From: Nitrospirota bacterium
GTDB lineage: Bacteria > Nitrospirota > UBA9217
Assembly: GCA_963740085.1 (NCBI GenBank)
Contig: CAVUCU010000001.1
Location: 1,312,001-1,376,000, forward strand
Direction of reading: 5' to 3'
DNA: 64,000 nucleotides
Shown: positions 11,511 through 24,118 of the stretch, piece after piece
Layout of the letters: each line of letters starts with the position of its first letter
Numbering within the stretch: the first letter of the stretch is position 1
Made by a program: the position numbers and the translations under genes
Notes under the pieces: generated by a model
The model's database searches: none
What the model was told of the DNA's origin: nothing
What the model saw: the letters and a program-made list of their open reading frames with translations, nothing else

Positions 11511-11968
11511 TGCGCATTGGCATAGCTGCAGACCATGGCGGGTTTGAGCTGAAAGCGCAACTGGCCGCAACCCTCAGGGCCGCCGGTCATGAGGTGGTTG
11601 ACTTCGGCGCCCATGAGCTGGTTCCAGGGGATGACTACCCGGATTTCGTGGTGCCCCTGGCCAGGGCAGTGGCAAGTGGCGAGGTCGCCCGGGGCCTGGC
11701 CATCTGCGGCAGCGGAGTAGGAGCTTGTGTTGCGGCCAACAAGGTGCCCGGCGTGCGTGCGGCGTTGATCACCGATCCCTTCTCCGCCCATCAGGGGGTC
11801 GAGGACGACGACATGAACGTCATGTGCCTGGGCGGCCGGGTCACCGGATATGCCCTATCCTGGGATCTGGTCCAGACGTTCCTGAACGCCCATTTCAAGG
11901 GGGCCGAACGGTTCAGGCGCCGCCTCGCGAAAATAGCGGAGCTGGAACGAAAGGAGACCGGATCATGA
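11507..11968 (+). CDS. rpiB: Ribose-5-phosphate isomerase B
   Basis: [37 protein letters not shown]. Confidence 0.95.
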   Translation: MMRIGIAADHGGFELKAQLAATLRAAGHEVVDFGAHELVPGDDYPDFVVPLARAVASGEVARGLAICGSGVGACVAANKVPGVRAALITDPFSAHQGVEDDDMNVMCLGGRVTGYALSWDLVQTFLNAHFKGAERFRRRLAKIAELERKETGS

Positions 11969-12170
11969 AAGACAACCCTTTGAGGAAATTGGGAACGCTC
12001 GGCCAGTCGATCTGGCTCGACTACATCCGACGCGACCTGATCGCAAGCAACGAGCTCCGGCGTCTGTTCGAGGAGGACGGACTGCGGGGATTGCCTGGAC
12101 CCGTCCATCTTCGAGAAGGCGATCGCCGGCAGCCATGATTACGATGAGGATATTCGGGCCATGGCGCCAG
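11965..12170 (+). pseudogene. tal: Transaldolase 5' fragment, copy 1 (degenerate)
   Basis: [19 protein letters not shown]; the TSNPSIF motif is disrupted by a frameshift and the gene is truncated. Confidence 0.85.
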
Positions 12171-12227
12171 TGAAGGGCCGAAAGAGTGAACCCAAAGAGC
12201 GCCATAAACATCGATGAAGGGTGAAGC

Positions 12228-12557
12228 ATGGATATTACAGCGGTCATAAGAATTGCGAAACATAAAATTAAAAGACATATTTACATATACCTGTTTAGCG
12301 GACGGATACAAAAACAACTTGAACTGCGGGAAGGTAAATGTTTGCAGTGTGGACGATGCTGTAAACTCGTATTCAGGTGCCCGATGCTTGTCGGGAAAGC
12401 TCCTCACACGAGATGTAGGATATATAACCACCGGTCCAAAGTCTGTATGCAATTTCCTATCAGCGAAGAAGACCTCATGGATGTAAATTTCCAGTGTGGA
12501 CACAGCTTCAGAACTGCCGATACTGTTATTGGCGATGCAGGTCAGGCAAAGATGTAA
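12228..12557 (+). CDS. YkgJ-like cysteine-cluster (putative Zn/Fe-S) protein
   Basis: CLQCGRCC...CPML...CRIYNHRSKVCMQFP pattern; visibly AT-rich compared with its flanks. Confidence 0.7.
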   Translation: MDITAVIRIAKHKIKRHIYIYLFSGRIQKQLELREGKCLQCGRCCKLVFRCPMLVGKAPHTRCRIYNHRSKVCMQFPISEEDLMDVNFQCGHSFRTADTVIGDAGQAKM

Positions 12558-12626
12558 TTTAGTGAGATATAATTGAGTGTGCTATCAATACGAATTTTGA
12601 CATTATTAAAAAATGGCGACAAGATC

Positions 12627-12869
12627 ATGAAAAACAATCCTTTGAAACAATTGGGAACGCTCGGCCAGTCGATCTGGCTCGACTACATCCGACGCGATCT
12701 GATCGCAAGCGGCGAGCTCCGGCGTCTGATCGAGGAGGACGGACTGCGGGGAATGACCTCGAATCCATCCATCTTTGAGAAGACGATCGCGGGCAGCCAT
12801 GATTACGATGAGGATATTCGGGTCATGGCGCTTGAGGGGCAGCCGGGCCGCGCGCCGCGGCTAATATAA
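12627..12869 (+). pseudogene. tal: Transaldolase 5' fragment, copy 2
   Basis: [30 protein letters not shown], truncated after about 70 codons. Confidence 0.88.
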
Positions 12870-12897
12870 TGCTTAAATTGAAAGGACATGAACATGG

Positions 12898-14108
12898 AAT
12901 CATTACACGTACGCGCTCGTCAGCGACGGCGATCTGATGGAAGGCGTTTCGTCCGAGGCTGCATCGCTCGCTGGTCATTTGAAGCTCGGCAAACTGATCT
13001 GCCTCTATGACGACAACCATATCACGCTTTCCGCTTCGACCCACATCACCTTCACGGAAGATCGTGCCAGGCGATTCGAAGCGTATGGCTGGCATGTGCG
13101 TACGGTTGAGAATGGAAACGATCTTGAAGCCATTGACCGCGCGCTGCGTGCGGCGCAGGCCGAGAAGGAACGTCCCTCGCTGATTCTCGTACGCACGCAT
13201 ATCGGCTATGGCTCGCCGCACAAGCAGGACACTTTTGAAGCGCACGGTTCGCCGCTCGGCAAGGAAGAAGTGAAATTGACGAAACAGGCGTTGGGCTGGC
13301 CGCTCGAGCCGCCGTTCTGGGTTCCGGACAAAGCGCTCGCGCATTTCCGTCTCGCACTTGAAAACGGCAAACAGGCCGAAGCGGAATGGGAGGGGAGATT
13401 CTCGGAGTACTCGAAAGCCTTCCCCGACCTCGCAAGGGAATTTCAGAGGGGAATGGCCGGCGAATTGCCTCAAGGCTGGGACACCGATATCCCGATCTTT
13501 CCGGCCGACCCGAAAGGCATGGCGACCCGCGCCCCTCGGGCAAAGTATTGAACGCGATCGGTCAGAAACTTCCCTCGCTGATCGGCGGCTCCGCGGATTT
13601 AGATCCTTCCACCCGGACTGGACTTACCGCGATGGGCGATTTCGAAAACCCGCGCGACGAGGCCGGCAACCTGCAGGGATCTATGGGCGGCGGCTGGAGC
13701 TATGCGGGGCGCAACCTGCACTTTGGCGTCCGCGAGCATGCGATGGGATCAATCGCGAACGGGTTGGCGGTGCATGGCGGCGTCATTCCGTTCACGGCGA
13801 CGTTCCTCATTTTCTCGGACTACATGCGGCCGCCGATTCGACTGGCTGCGCTGATGGAACAGGGGGTGATCTTCGTTTTCACCCACGACAGCATCGCTCT
13901 TGGTGAAGATGGCCCGACGCATCAGCCGATCGAGCAATTGGCCTCGCTGCGCGCGATCCCAAACTTGCTCGTCATCCGCCCCTGCGATGCGAACGAGACG
14001 GCCGTGGCGTGGCGCGTCGCTCTTCAGACCCGGGATAGACCGGTCGCGCTTGTCTTGACACGGCAGGAGGTGCCCGTATCGCAATTACAGCGGATCAGAC
14101 AGGGGTGA
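12898..14108 (+). pseudogene. tkt: Transketolase internal fragment (no N- or C-terminus, frameshift near 13533)
   Basis: [54 protein letters not shown]; similarity ends at about 14077. Confidence 0.9.
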
Positions 14109-14214
14109 GCCTGATGGAAAGGACCTGAGCATGCCAGGAAGTATCCCGCAACTCACATGACCTGCGGCATGGCAAGAAGTCGAGTCAAATCAAACTTTGT
14201 AAAGGAGGAAGACG

Positions 14215-14415
14215 ATGAAAAGATTATTGATTGTTTTAACGATTTTGTTTGTTTTTAGTACCGCAGCATTTGCCCAGATGGGCGCGGGTCAAGGTCAGGG
14301 TGGCGGCATGATGGGTGGTGTGGGGGGATGGGGAATGGGCTATGGATGGGGTTTCGGGATGATTATCGTGATTATCGTTATTTTTGCTGTCTTGTTTTTG
14401 ATGAAACGAAAGTAA
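14215..14415 (+). CDS. Small Gly/Met-rich exported protein with C-terminal membrane anchor
   Basis: AAGGAGG RBS; signal peptide ending AFA; [15 protein letters not shown], hydrophobic helix, KRK; paralog at 45362. Confidence 0.8.
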   Translation: MKRLLIVLTILFVFSTAAFAQMGAGQGQGGGMMGGVGGWGMGYGWGFGMIIVIIVIFAVLFLMKRK

Positions 14416-14458
14416 AAATATGACTGGGCAAACATATCGCGTTGGAAAGGACATCCGC

Positions 14459-17617
<3,159 letters not shown>

Positions 17618-17643
<26 letters not shown>

Positions 17644-18022
17644 GATTCTCCTGCCGTTCCGAATCTTCGCCGAGAAAACCGGCGTTTCGCGCATCGTTGC
17701 GGAGACCCGCGAGGGCTCGTTCGGACTCTTGCCGCACCGACTCGACTGCGTCGCGGCGCTCGCGCCCGGGATTCTGATCTACGAAAACGAAGCGGAGGGC
17801 GAGGTTTACGTGGCCGTCGATGAAGGGGTGCTGGTCAAGACCGGCCTGGACGTGCTCGTCTCCGTGCGCAACGCAATTGGCGGAACGGACCTCGGCCAAC
17901 TGCGTGAGGCGGTGGAGCGGGAGTTTCTGAACCTGAACGAACGGGAGCAGAGCGTCCGCTCGGTGATGGCGAAAATGGAGAGCGGTTTCATCCGCCGCTT
18001 AGCGGAGTTTCAGCATGAGTGA
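17618..18022 (+). CDS. atpC: N-ATPase epsilon subunit
   Basis: EGSFGLLPH, LAPGIL, VAVDEGVLVK; position after atpD. Confidence 0.9.
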
Positions 18023-18354
18023 CAAATCCGGAAATCAAGAGCGCGAAAGACCGGACTGCGTTCAGCCGGGAGGTCGGCGCGAAGGCGGCGCGCAAGCTCA
18101 AGGCGCGGCGCAACTCCACGCAGGGCGTCTGGTTTGGCTTGGGCATGATGGGGCTTATCGGCTGGTCGGTGGTGGTTCCGACGCTGCTCGGCGCGGCGCT
18201 CGGTATCTGGCTGGACAATCGCCATCCGGGAAGCCATTCCTGGACGCTGATGCTGCTGGTCATCGGCCTGGTCATCGGCTGTTTGAATGCCTGGCATTGG
18301 GTGGCCAAGGAAGACAAGGAAATGCGAGAGGAACAGGAGGATAATGATGAATGA
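18015..18354 (+). CDS. atpQ: N-ATPase AtpQ (AtpZ/AtpI-like) subunit; ATG 18015 needs a 1-nt correction, otherwise GTG 18019
   Basis: GLGMMGLIGWSVVVPTLLGAALGIWLD and GCLNAW motifs. Confidence 0.85.
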
Positions 18355-18658
18355 AACTTTGAGTCTGGCGCTGGCTTTGGTGACGGGCGTTTTGCTCGGT
18401 GCGATATTCTTCGGCGGCCTCTGGTGGACGGTTCAGAAAGGGGTTTCGTCCAAACGGCCGGCGCTTTGGTTCTTCGGCAGCCTGTTGCTGCGAACGAGCA
18501 TTGCCCTGGCTGGTTTTTATTTTATCGCGCGCGGTCATTGGGAGAGGCTGCTGGTGTGCCTCCTTGGATTTGTCATGGCGCGCCTGATCGTGACGCGGCT
18601 CACCCGAGCGGCGGAAAAGCCAACTTACTCGGCACAGGAGGCCAGCCATGCACCTTAG
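18344..18658 (+). CDS. atpR: N-ATPase AtpR subunit
   Basis: GAIFFGGLWWTV, SLLLR, GFVMAR; lies between atpQ and atpB. Confidence 0.85.
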   Translation: MMNETLSLALALVTGVLLGAIFFGGLWWTVQKGVSSKRPALWFFGSLLLRTSIALAGFYFIARGHWERLLVCLLGFVMARLIVTRLTRAAEKPTYSAQEASHAP

Positions 18659-19343
18659 TCCCGATGAGATGATCTTCTGGCAACACGGGTTTCTCAAACT
18701 CAACGCCACCATTGTGTTCACATGGGGACTGATGCTCGTGCTGGCCGTCGGTTCAAAACTCATCACGCGCAAACTTTCCACGGGTCTGAAACGTTCCCGC
18801 TGGCAGAACCTTCTGGAAATCGTCGTCACCGGCATCGAGAAACAAATTGAAGAGGTGGGCCTGAGTCAGCCGCAGAAATATCTCGGCTTTCTGGGCACGC
18901 TCTTCCTGTTTGTCGCCGCAGCCAGCCTCTGCACCGTCATTCCCGGCTACGAGCCGCCGACCGGCTCGCTCTCGACCACGGCTGCACTCGCGCTGTGCGT
19001 GTTTGTGGCCGTGCCGTTCTTCGGCATCGAGGAGCAAGGGGTGGGCAACTACCTCAAGTCCTATATGAAGCCGACGTTCATCATGCTGCCGTTTAACATC
19101 ATCAGCGAACTTTCGCGCACGCTGGCCCTGGCCGTCCGTCTGTTCGGCAACATGATGAGCGGGGCGATGATTATCGCCATCCTGCTCACGATTACGCCCT
19201 TCATCTTCCCGATCGTCATGACGGTGCTCGGCCTGCTCACCGGCATGGTGCAGGCCTACATCTTCAGCATCCTGGCCGCGGTTTACATCGCGGCTGCCAC
19301 GCGAGTCCGTAAGCCCAAGCCTGAACCCGAGGCAAAACATTGA
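18648..19343 (+). CDS. atpB: N-ATPase subunit a
   Basis: PFNIISELSRTLALAVRLFGN and QAYIFSIL. Confidence 0.95.
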   Translation: MHLSPDEMIFWQHGFLKLNATIVFTWGLMLVLAVGSKLITRKLSTGLKRSRWQNLLEIVVTGIEKQIEEVGLSQPQKYLGFLGTLFLFVAAASLCTVIPGYEPPTGSLSTTAALALCVFVAVPFFGIEEQGVGNYLKSYMKPTFIMLPFNIISELSRTLALAVRLFGNMMSGAMIIAILLTITPFIFPIVMTVLGLLTGMVQAYIFSILAAVYIAAATRVRKPKPEPEAKH

Positions 19344-19374
19344 AGCATGAACTACGACAACAAAAGGAGATACT

Positions 19375-19656
19375 ATGGATAGCATGACTATTATCGCGGT
19401 GGCATCAATTGTCATCGCCGGCATCACCACCGGTTTCGGCACTATGGGGCCTGCGCTGGCGGAAGGGAGGGCGGTCGCGACGGCGCTGAGTTCGCTGGCC
19501 CAGCAGCCCGATGCCTCCGCTACCATCACCCGGACCTTGTTCGTGGGCCTGGCGATGATCGAGTCCACGGCCATCTACTGCTTCGTGGTCTCGATGATTC
19601 TCATCTTCGCCAACCCGTTCTGGAACCACGTCATCGCCCAGGCCGCAGGAAAGTAA
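19375..19656 (+). CDS. atpE: N-ATPase subunit c
   Basis: PALAEG, AQQP loop, IESTAIY; AAGGAG RBS. Confidence 0.96.
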   Translation: MDSMTIIAVASIVIAGITTGFGTMGPALAEGRAVATALSSLAQQPDASATITRTLFVGLAMIESTAIYCFVVSMILIFANPFWNHVIAQAAGK

Positions 19657-19660
19657 ACCT

Positions 19661-20593
19661 ATGCTAATCGATTGGTTCACGGTCGGAGCACAGGCGCTCA
19701 ACTTTCTCATCCTGGTGTGGTTGATGAAGCGCTTCCTTTACAAGCCCATCCTCCACGCCATCGATGAGCGGGAGAAGCGGATCGCCACAGAACTCGCGAA
19801 CGCCGACAAGAAAAAGGCCGAAGCCCAAAAGGAGCGCGACGAGTTCCAGCACAAGAACGAGGAGTTCGACCAGCAGCGCGCCGCGCTTTTGAGCAAAGCG
19901 ACGGACGAGGCGAAGGCCGAACGTCAGCGGCTCCTCGACGAAGCGCGGAAGGCCGCCGACGCTTTGAGTGCCAAGCGGCAGGAAACGCTGAGAAACGAAG
20001 AACATAACCTGAATCAAGCCATCAGCCGCCGGACACAGCAGGAAGTATTTGCCATCGCACGAAAGGCGCTGACGGATCTCGCCACGACGAGTCTGGAAGA
20101 ACGCCTGGGCGAGGTGTTCACGCGCCGCTTGCGAGAGATGGACGGCCAGGCGAAAGCAGGCCTCGCCGAGGCCCTTAAGACAGCGTCTGACCCCGCGCTC
20201 GTGCGCAGCGCGTTTGACCTGCCTGCGGAGCAACGCGCGGCGATACAAAATGCGCTCAACGAAACCTTCTCGGCTGAAATCCACGTCCGGTTCGAGACCG
20301 CGCCAGACCTGATCAGCGGCATTGAACTCACCACGAATGGACAAAAGGTGGCGTGGAGCATCGCGGATTATCTGGCGTCGCTGGAAAAGGGCGTCGACGA
20401 ACTTCTGAAAGAGAAGGACAAACCTAAAGCCAAGACCAAGACATCGACCGATTTGAAGCCGCAGATCGCCGAGCGCGCCTATGAACTGTACAAGAAGCGA
20501 GGCCGCACGAGCGATTCGACAATTCAGGACTGGAGTCAGGCGGAACAGGAGATCCGGAAAGACGAAGCCAAAGGAGATGCTGAACCTGAATGA
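19661..20593 (+). CDS. atpF: N-ATPase subunit b (b/delta-like fusion) with extra C-terminal DUF2934-like segment
   Basis: IDWFTV.AQ..NFLILVWL.KRFLYKP, coiled coil, DLISGIEL..W; then IAERAYELY..W.QAEQEI. Confidence 0.92.
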   Translation: MLIDWFTVGAQALNFLILVWLMKRFLYKPILHAIDEREKRIATELANADKKKAEAQKERDEFQHKNEEFDQQRAALLSKATDEAKAERQRLLDEARKAADALSAKRQETLRNEEHNLNQAISRRTQQEVFAIARKALTDLATTSLEERLGEVFTRRLREMDGQAKAGLAEALKTASDPALVRSAFDLPAEQRAAIQNALNETFSAEIHVRFETAPDLISGIELTTNGQKVAWSIADYLASLEKGVDELLKEKDKPKAKTKTSTDLKPQIAERAYELYKKRGRTSDSTIQDWSQAEQEIRKDEAKGDAEPE

Positions 20594-20629
20594 TCGAAGA
20601 CGGACCAAGCCGGAACCAAAACCTTTTGA

Positions 20630-20728
20630 ACCGCGAAGGCGCAAAGGTCGCGAAGGAAAGATTGTAGATCTTGTAGTAAGACAAATTACTTTTTTTGATG
20701 TCCTTCGCGTTCTTCGCGTCTTCGCGGT
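20630..20728. repeat. REP-like imperfect inverted repeat (28-nt arms, AT-rich spacer)
   Basis: accgcgaaggcgcaaaggtcgcgaagga (20630-20657) pairs with tccttcgcgttcttcgcgtcttcgcggt (20701-20728), 4 mismatches. Confidence 0.85.
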
Positions 20729-20783
20729 AAATCATTCTTGCCCTTTTGAGTAGAAGCTCATTCATAACGGAAACAAAGAGCCA

Positions 20784-22539
20784 ATGAACATGGAACCTGA
20801 GAGCCTCCAGAACGTTTTCGACAGCGCATTTGCCGGAATAAGCCAGGTGCGGGAAGCATTCACACCGCAACTGACGCCACGGGAGGTGGGCACGATCACC
20901 AGTGTCGCCACCGGCATCGCCAAAGTGTCGGGTCTTCCCGGCGTGGGCTTTGATGAATTGGTGACGTTTCCCGGCGATGTGCTCGGCATTGCGTTCAACG
21001 TGGACGCGGACGAAATTGGCGTCGTTCTGCTCGGCGAATACTGGCATCTCCACGCGGGCGATGAAGTCCAGCGCACGGGCCGGGTCATGGACGTGGCCGT
21101 GGGCGATGGATTGCTGGGGCGCGTCATCGACCCGCTCGGCCGGCCACTCGATGGCAACGGGCCGGTGGCCTCCAGCAAGCGCCTGCCCATCGAACGCCCC
21201 GCCCCGCCCATCATGGACCGCGCGCCCGTCACGGTGCCTCTCCAGACCGGCCTCAAAGTCATCGATGCGCTCATTCCCGTTGGGCGCGGCCAGCGCGAGT
21301 TGATTCTCGGCGACCGCCAGACGGGCAAGACCGCCATTGCGATCGACACCATCCTCAACCAGCGCGGCCAGAATGTCCTGTGCGTTTATTGTGCCATCGG
21401 TCAGCGCGCGTCCGCCGTCGCGAAGGCCGTGGCAACCTTGCGGGAAAAGGGCGCGATGGATTACACCGTCGTCGTCGTGACCGAGGGCAACGACCCGCCG
21501 GGTCTCGCTTACATCGCTCCTTACGCCGCGACCAGCATCGCGGAGTCTTTCATGGAAGCGGGCCGCGATGTGCTGATCGTTTACGACGACCTCACCCATC
21601 ACGCGCGCGCCTACCGCGAACTCTCTCTCTTGCTGCGCCGTCCGCCCGGTCGCGAAGCGTTTCCCGGCGACATCTTTTATATCCACTCGCGGCTGCTCGA
21701 ACGTGCGACGCACTTGCGCAAGGAACTCGGCGGCGGCTCCCTCACCGCGCTGCCCATCATCGAAACCGAAGCGCAGGACATTTCCGCCTATATTCCGACC
21801 AACTTGATTTCCATCACGGATGGGCAGATCTACCTCTCGCCGTCGCTGTTCGAATTGGGCGTGCTGCCCGCGGTCGATGTCGGAAAATCCGTTTCGCGCG
21901 TCGGCGGCAAGGCGCAGCGCGCGGCCTACCGCGCGGTGGCGGGCGACCTCAAGCTCGCCTACGCGCAGTTTGAGGAACTCGAAACCTTTTCCCGGTTCGG
22001 GGCCCGCCTGGATGAAGACACCCGCAAGATCATCGAGCACGGACGGCGAATTCGCGCCTGCCTCAAACAGCCGGAATTCGCCCCGGTGTCCGTGCCCGCG
22101 CAAATCGCCGTGCTGCTGGCGTTGACCGCAGAACTCTTCGACCGCGTGCCGCTTGACCAGATGACGGACGCCGAGCACGCCCTGCGCGAGGCGGCGGCGG
22201 ATATCCCGGCGGAGGTGCGCGAGCGATTGGATACCGCCGACAAATTGAGCGACGAGGATCGTGAAACGATTATCCAAATCGCCCGCAAAGCGCTCGCTCG
22301 CTTCCAACCAAAACTTGAGCAGAAACAAGAGACCAAAGAGGACACAAAATCCGAAGCTAAATCCAAGCTGAAGTCCAAAACCGAAGCTAAACCAGATAAG
22401 CCTGACTCCGAAACCGAAGAAGAGACACAACCGAAACCCAGCCGAGCCAAAGTCGAAGCCCGAGGCAAGGCTGGATGAGCCCAAGCCGGAAGTCCAGGAA
22501 GAGGTCAAGCCCAAGCCTGAACCCGGGGAGAAGTCATGA
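20784..22539 (+). CDS. atpA: N-ATPase alpha subunit; frameshift in the tail near 22440
   Basis: [34 protein letters not shown]; as given it stops at 22478, and the shifted frame ends at TGA 22539 overlapping the atpG ATG. Confidence 0.95.
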
Positions 22540-23429
22540 GCGATACCACGGCGAGTCTGCGCCGAAAGATCGCCGGAGCCGGGGATCTCCAATCCGTCGT
22601 CCGCACGATGAAGGCCGTGGCCGCTTCGAGCATCGGGCAATACGAGAACTCGGTGCTCGCGTTGGCCGACTACTATCGCACTGTGGAGTTGGGGTTGGGC
22701 GCGTGCTTCCGGGAAAGCGGGTCGGCGCCCTTGATTGCAGAACGGAAAGGACAAACAGTTGCGGGTGCGATCGGCGCGGTCGTGTTCGGTTCAGACCAGG
22801 GACTGGTGGGCCAATTTAATGATGTGGTGGCCGATTATGCGGTCAAGACGCTGGCGGCTCTGCCGGCCAAACCCGAGGTCTGGGCCGTCGGTGAGCGCGT
22901 TCATGCGCGCCTGGCGGATGCGGGGCTGCCGCTGATGGGACTCTTCACCGTGCCGAACTCCGTCAAGGCCATCACCCCGCTCGTCGGGCAGATTCTTGTG
23001 GAGAGCGAGACGCGACACAGCCAGGGAGAGGTCACCGAACTCCACCTCTTCTACAACCGCCCCACGTCCGGGGCGGTCTATGCGCCCGTCAGTCAGCGAC
23101 TGCTGCCGCTGGACGAAAACTGGCGACGCAAGCTGGCCGAGCTTCCCTGGCCGACAAAAAACTTGCCCGAGGTCATGGGTGGCGGCACCGCGACCTTGCG
23201 GGCGCTTATCCGCGAATATCTTTTCGTCTCGCTCTTCCGGGCGTGCGCCGAATCCCTCGCGAGCGAGAACGCGAGCCGCCTGGCGGCGATGCAACGCGCC
23301 GACAAAAATATCGACGAATTGCTGGAGGACCTCAACGGGAAATTCCATCGTTTGCGCCAGAGTGGCATCGACGAGGAACTGTTCGATGTCATCTCCGGCT
23401 TCGAAGCGCTGAGCGCGGAGGAAAAATAA
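22536..23429 (+). CDS. atpG: N-ATPase gamma subunit
   Basis: SVVRTMKAVAA, FGSDQGLVGQFN, SENASRLAAMQRA, RQSGIDEEL. Confidence 0.95.
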   Translation: MSDTTASLRRKIAGAGDLQSVVRTMKAVAASSIGQYENSVLALADYYRTVELGLGACFRESGSAPLIAERKGQTVAGAIGAVVFGSDQGLVGQFNDVVADYAVKTLAALPAKPEVWAVGERVHARLADAGLPLMGLFTVPNSVKAITPLVGQILVESETRHSQGEVTELHLFYNRPTSGAVYAPVSQRLLPLDENWRRKLAELPWPTKNLPEVMGGGTATLRALIREYLFVSLFRACAESLASENASRLAAMQRADKNIDELLEDLNGKFHRLRQSGIDEELFDVISGFEALSAEEK

Positions 23430-23882
23430 ATGACTGATTTTAATGATTTTCAAAAGCCATTGGCTGAAGGAGCGGCGGCTCAGTTTAATTTTCTCGACCC
23501 CTTGGAAAAAGACGTGGAAATGAACAAGATTGAAGAAGAGGCAGCACGAGCTGATCACTTGAAGACTGATCCGGCCATCCAGGCCTACCAGGCCATACAG
23601 AAATATGTCGAGAAATTTGAGGCGCAACTGGACAACGAGCATGAGGTAGGGGTGGCACTTGCCTTTTTCGGCGGCAATGTATTTTTCCATGCCGAAAAAA
23701 TGGAATCTTCTGCGTCCAGCATAATTACGTTCTACGGAACTACCGAAGAGGGAGAAAAAATTCAGTTGATTCAACATGTGTCTCAACTGAATCTTCTGCT
23801 GAAACGAGCGAAGAAAATGGATGACAAAGCGCGACGTATTGTGTTCATAAGGGAAGAAACAGCACAGAGTCGAGAAGGGTGA
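23430..23882 (+). CDS. Hypothetical protein, DUF6173-like
   Basis: FEAQLDNEHEVG..F..IITFYG..G...QLIQHVSQLNLLL...RRI pattern recalled for DUF6173; starts right after the atpG stop. Confidence 0.6.
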   Translation: MTDFNDFQKPLAEGAAAQFNFLDPLEKDVEMNKIEEEAARADHLKTDPAIQAYQAIQKYVEKFEAQLDNEHEVGVALAFFGGNVFFHAEKMESSASSIITFYGTTEEGEKIQLIQHVSQLNLLLKRAKKMDDKARRIVFIREETAQSREG

Positions 23883-24118
23883 CAACCCGGCAATTGTCAA
23901 GAAGAGATTGAAACTTCCCGGCAGTCTCCCCACGATTCTACAGATTTTGGAGGTCAACCTTTTTGAGAAAATACCCATTTCTCGGCGGGTTAAGCAAGCA
24001 ATCACGAAAACGAACACCATTACGATAAACAATTGAGTCTATTGACGTAACAACCGGACGGGACTGAAGATGAATATCAATTTTACCAATTTCCACAAAC
24101 TTTTCTGGAGAAAAAACT

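Larger units (their letters stand above)
11961..12831 (+). repeat. Imperfect direct repeat of about 205 bp (11961-12167 / 12623-12831)
   Basis: Both copies share long identical runs such as ttgggaacgctcggccagtcgatctggctcgactacatccgacgcga and ggcagccatgattacgatgaggatattcggg. Confidence 0.9.

Noticed and set aside
12888-12901. atgaacatggaatc resembles the atpA start atgaacatggaacc (20784)
   Set aside because: Only 13 of 14 nt and the flanks do not align; too short to call a remnant
20591-20630. TGA readthrough (selenocysteine) at the atpF stop, given the downstream hairpin
   Set aside because: Not a Cys-equivalent position, the hairpin is too far away and unlike a bacterial SECIS, and the same frame stops again shortly after
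20424-22754. 776-aa minus-strand ORF (likewise 16035-17630, 24083-25525, 34345-36183 and other long antisense ORFs)
   Set aside because: Antisense shadows of conserved GC-rich genes (atpA, atpD, gnd, ftsH); no recognisable motifs
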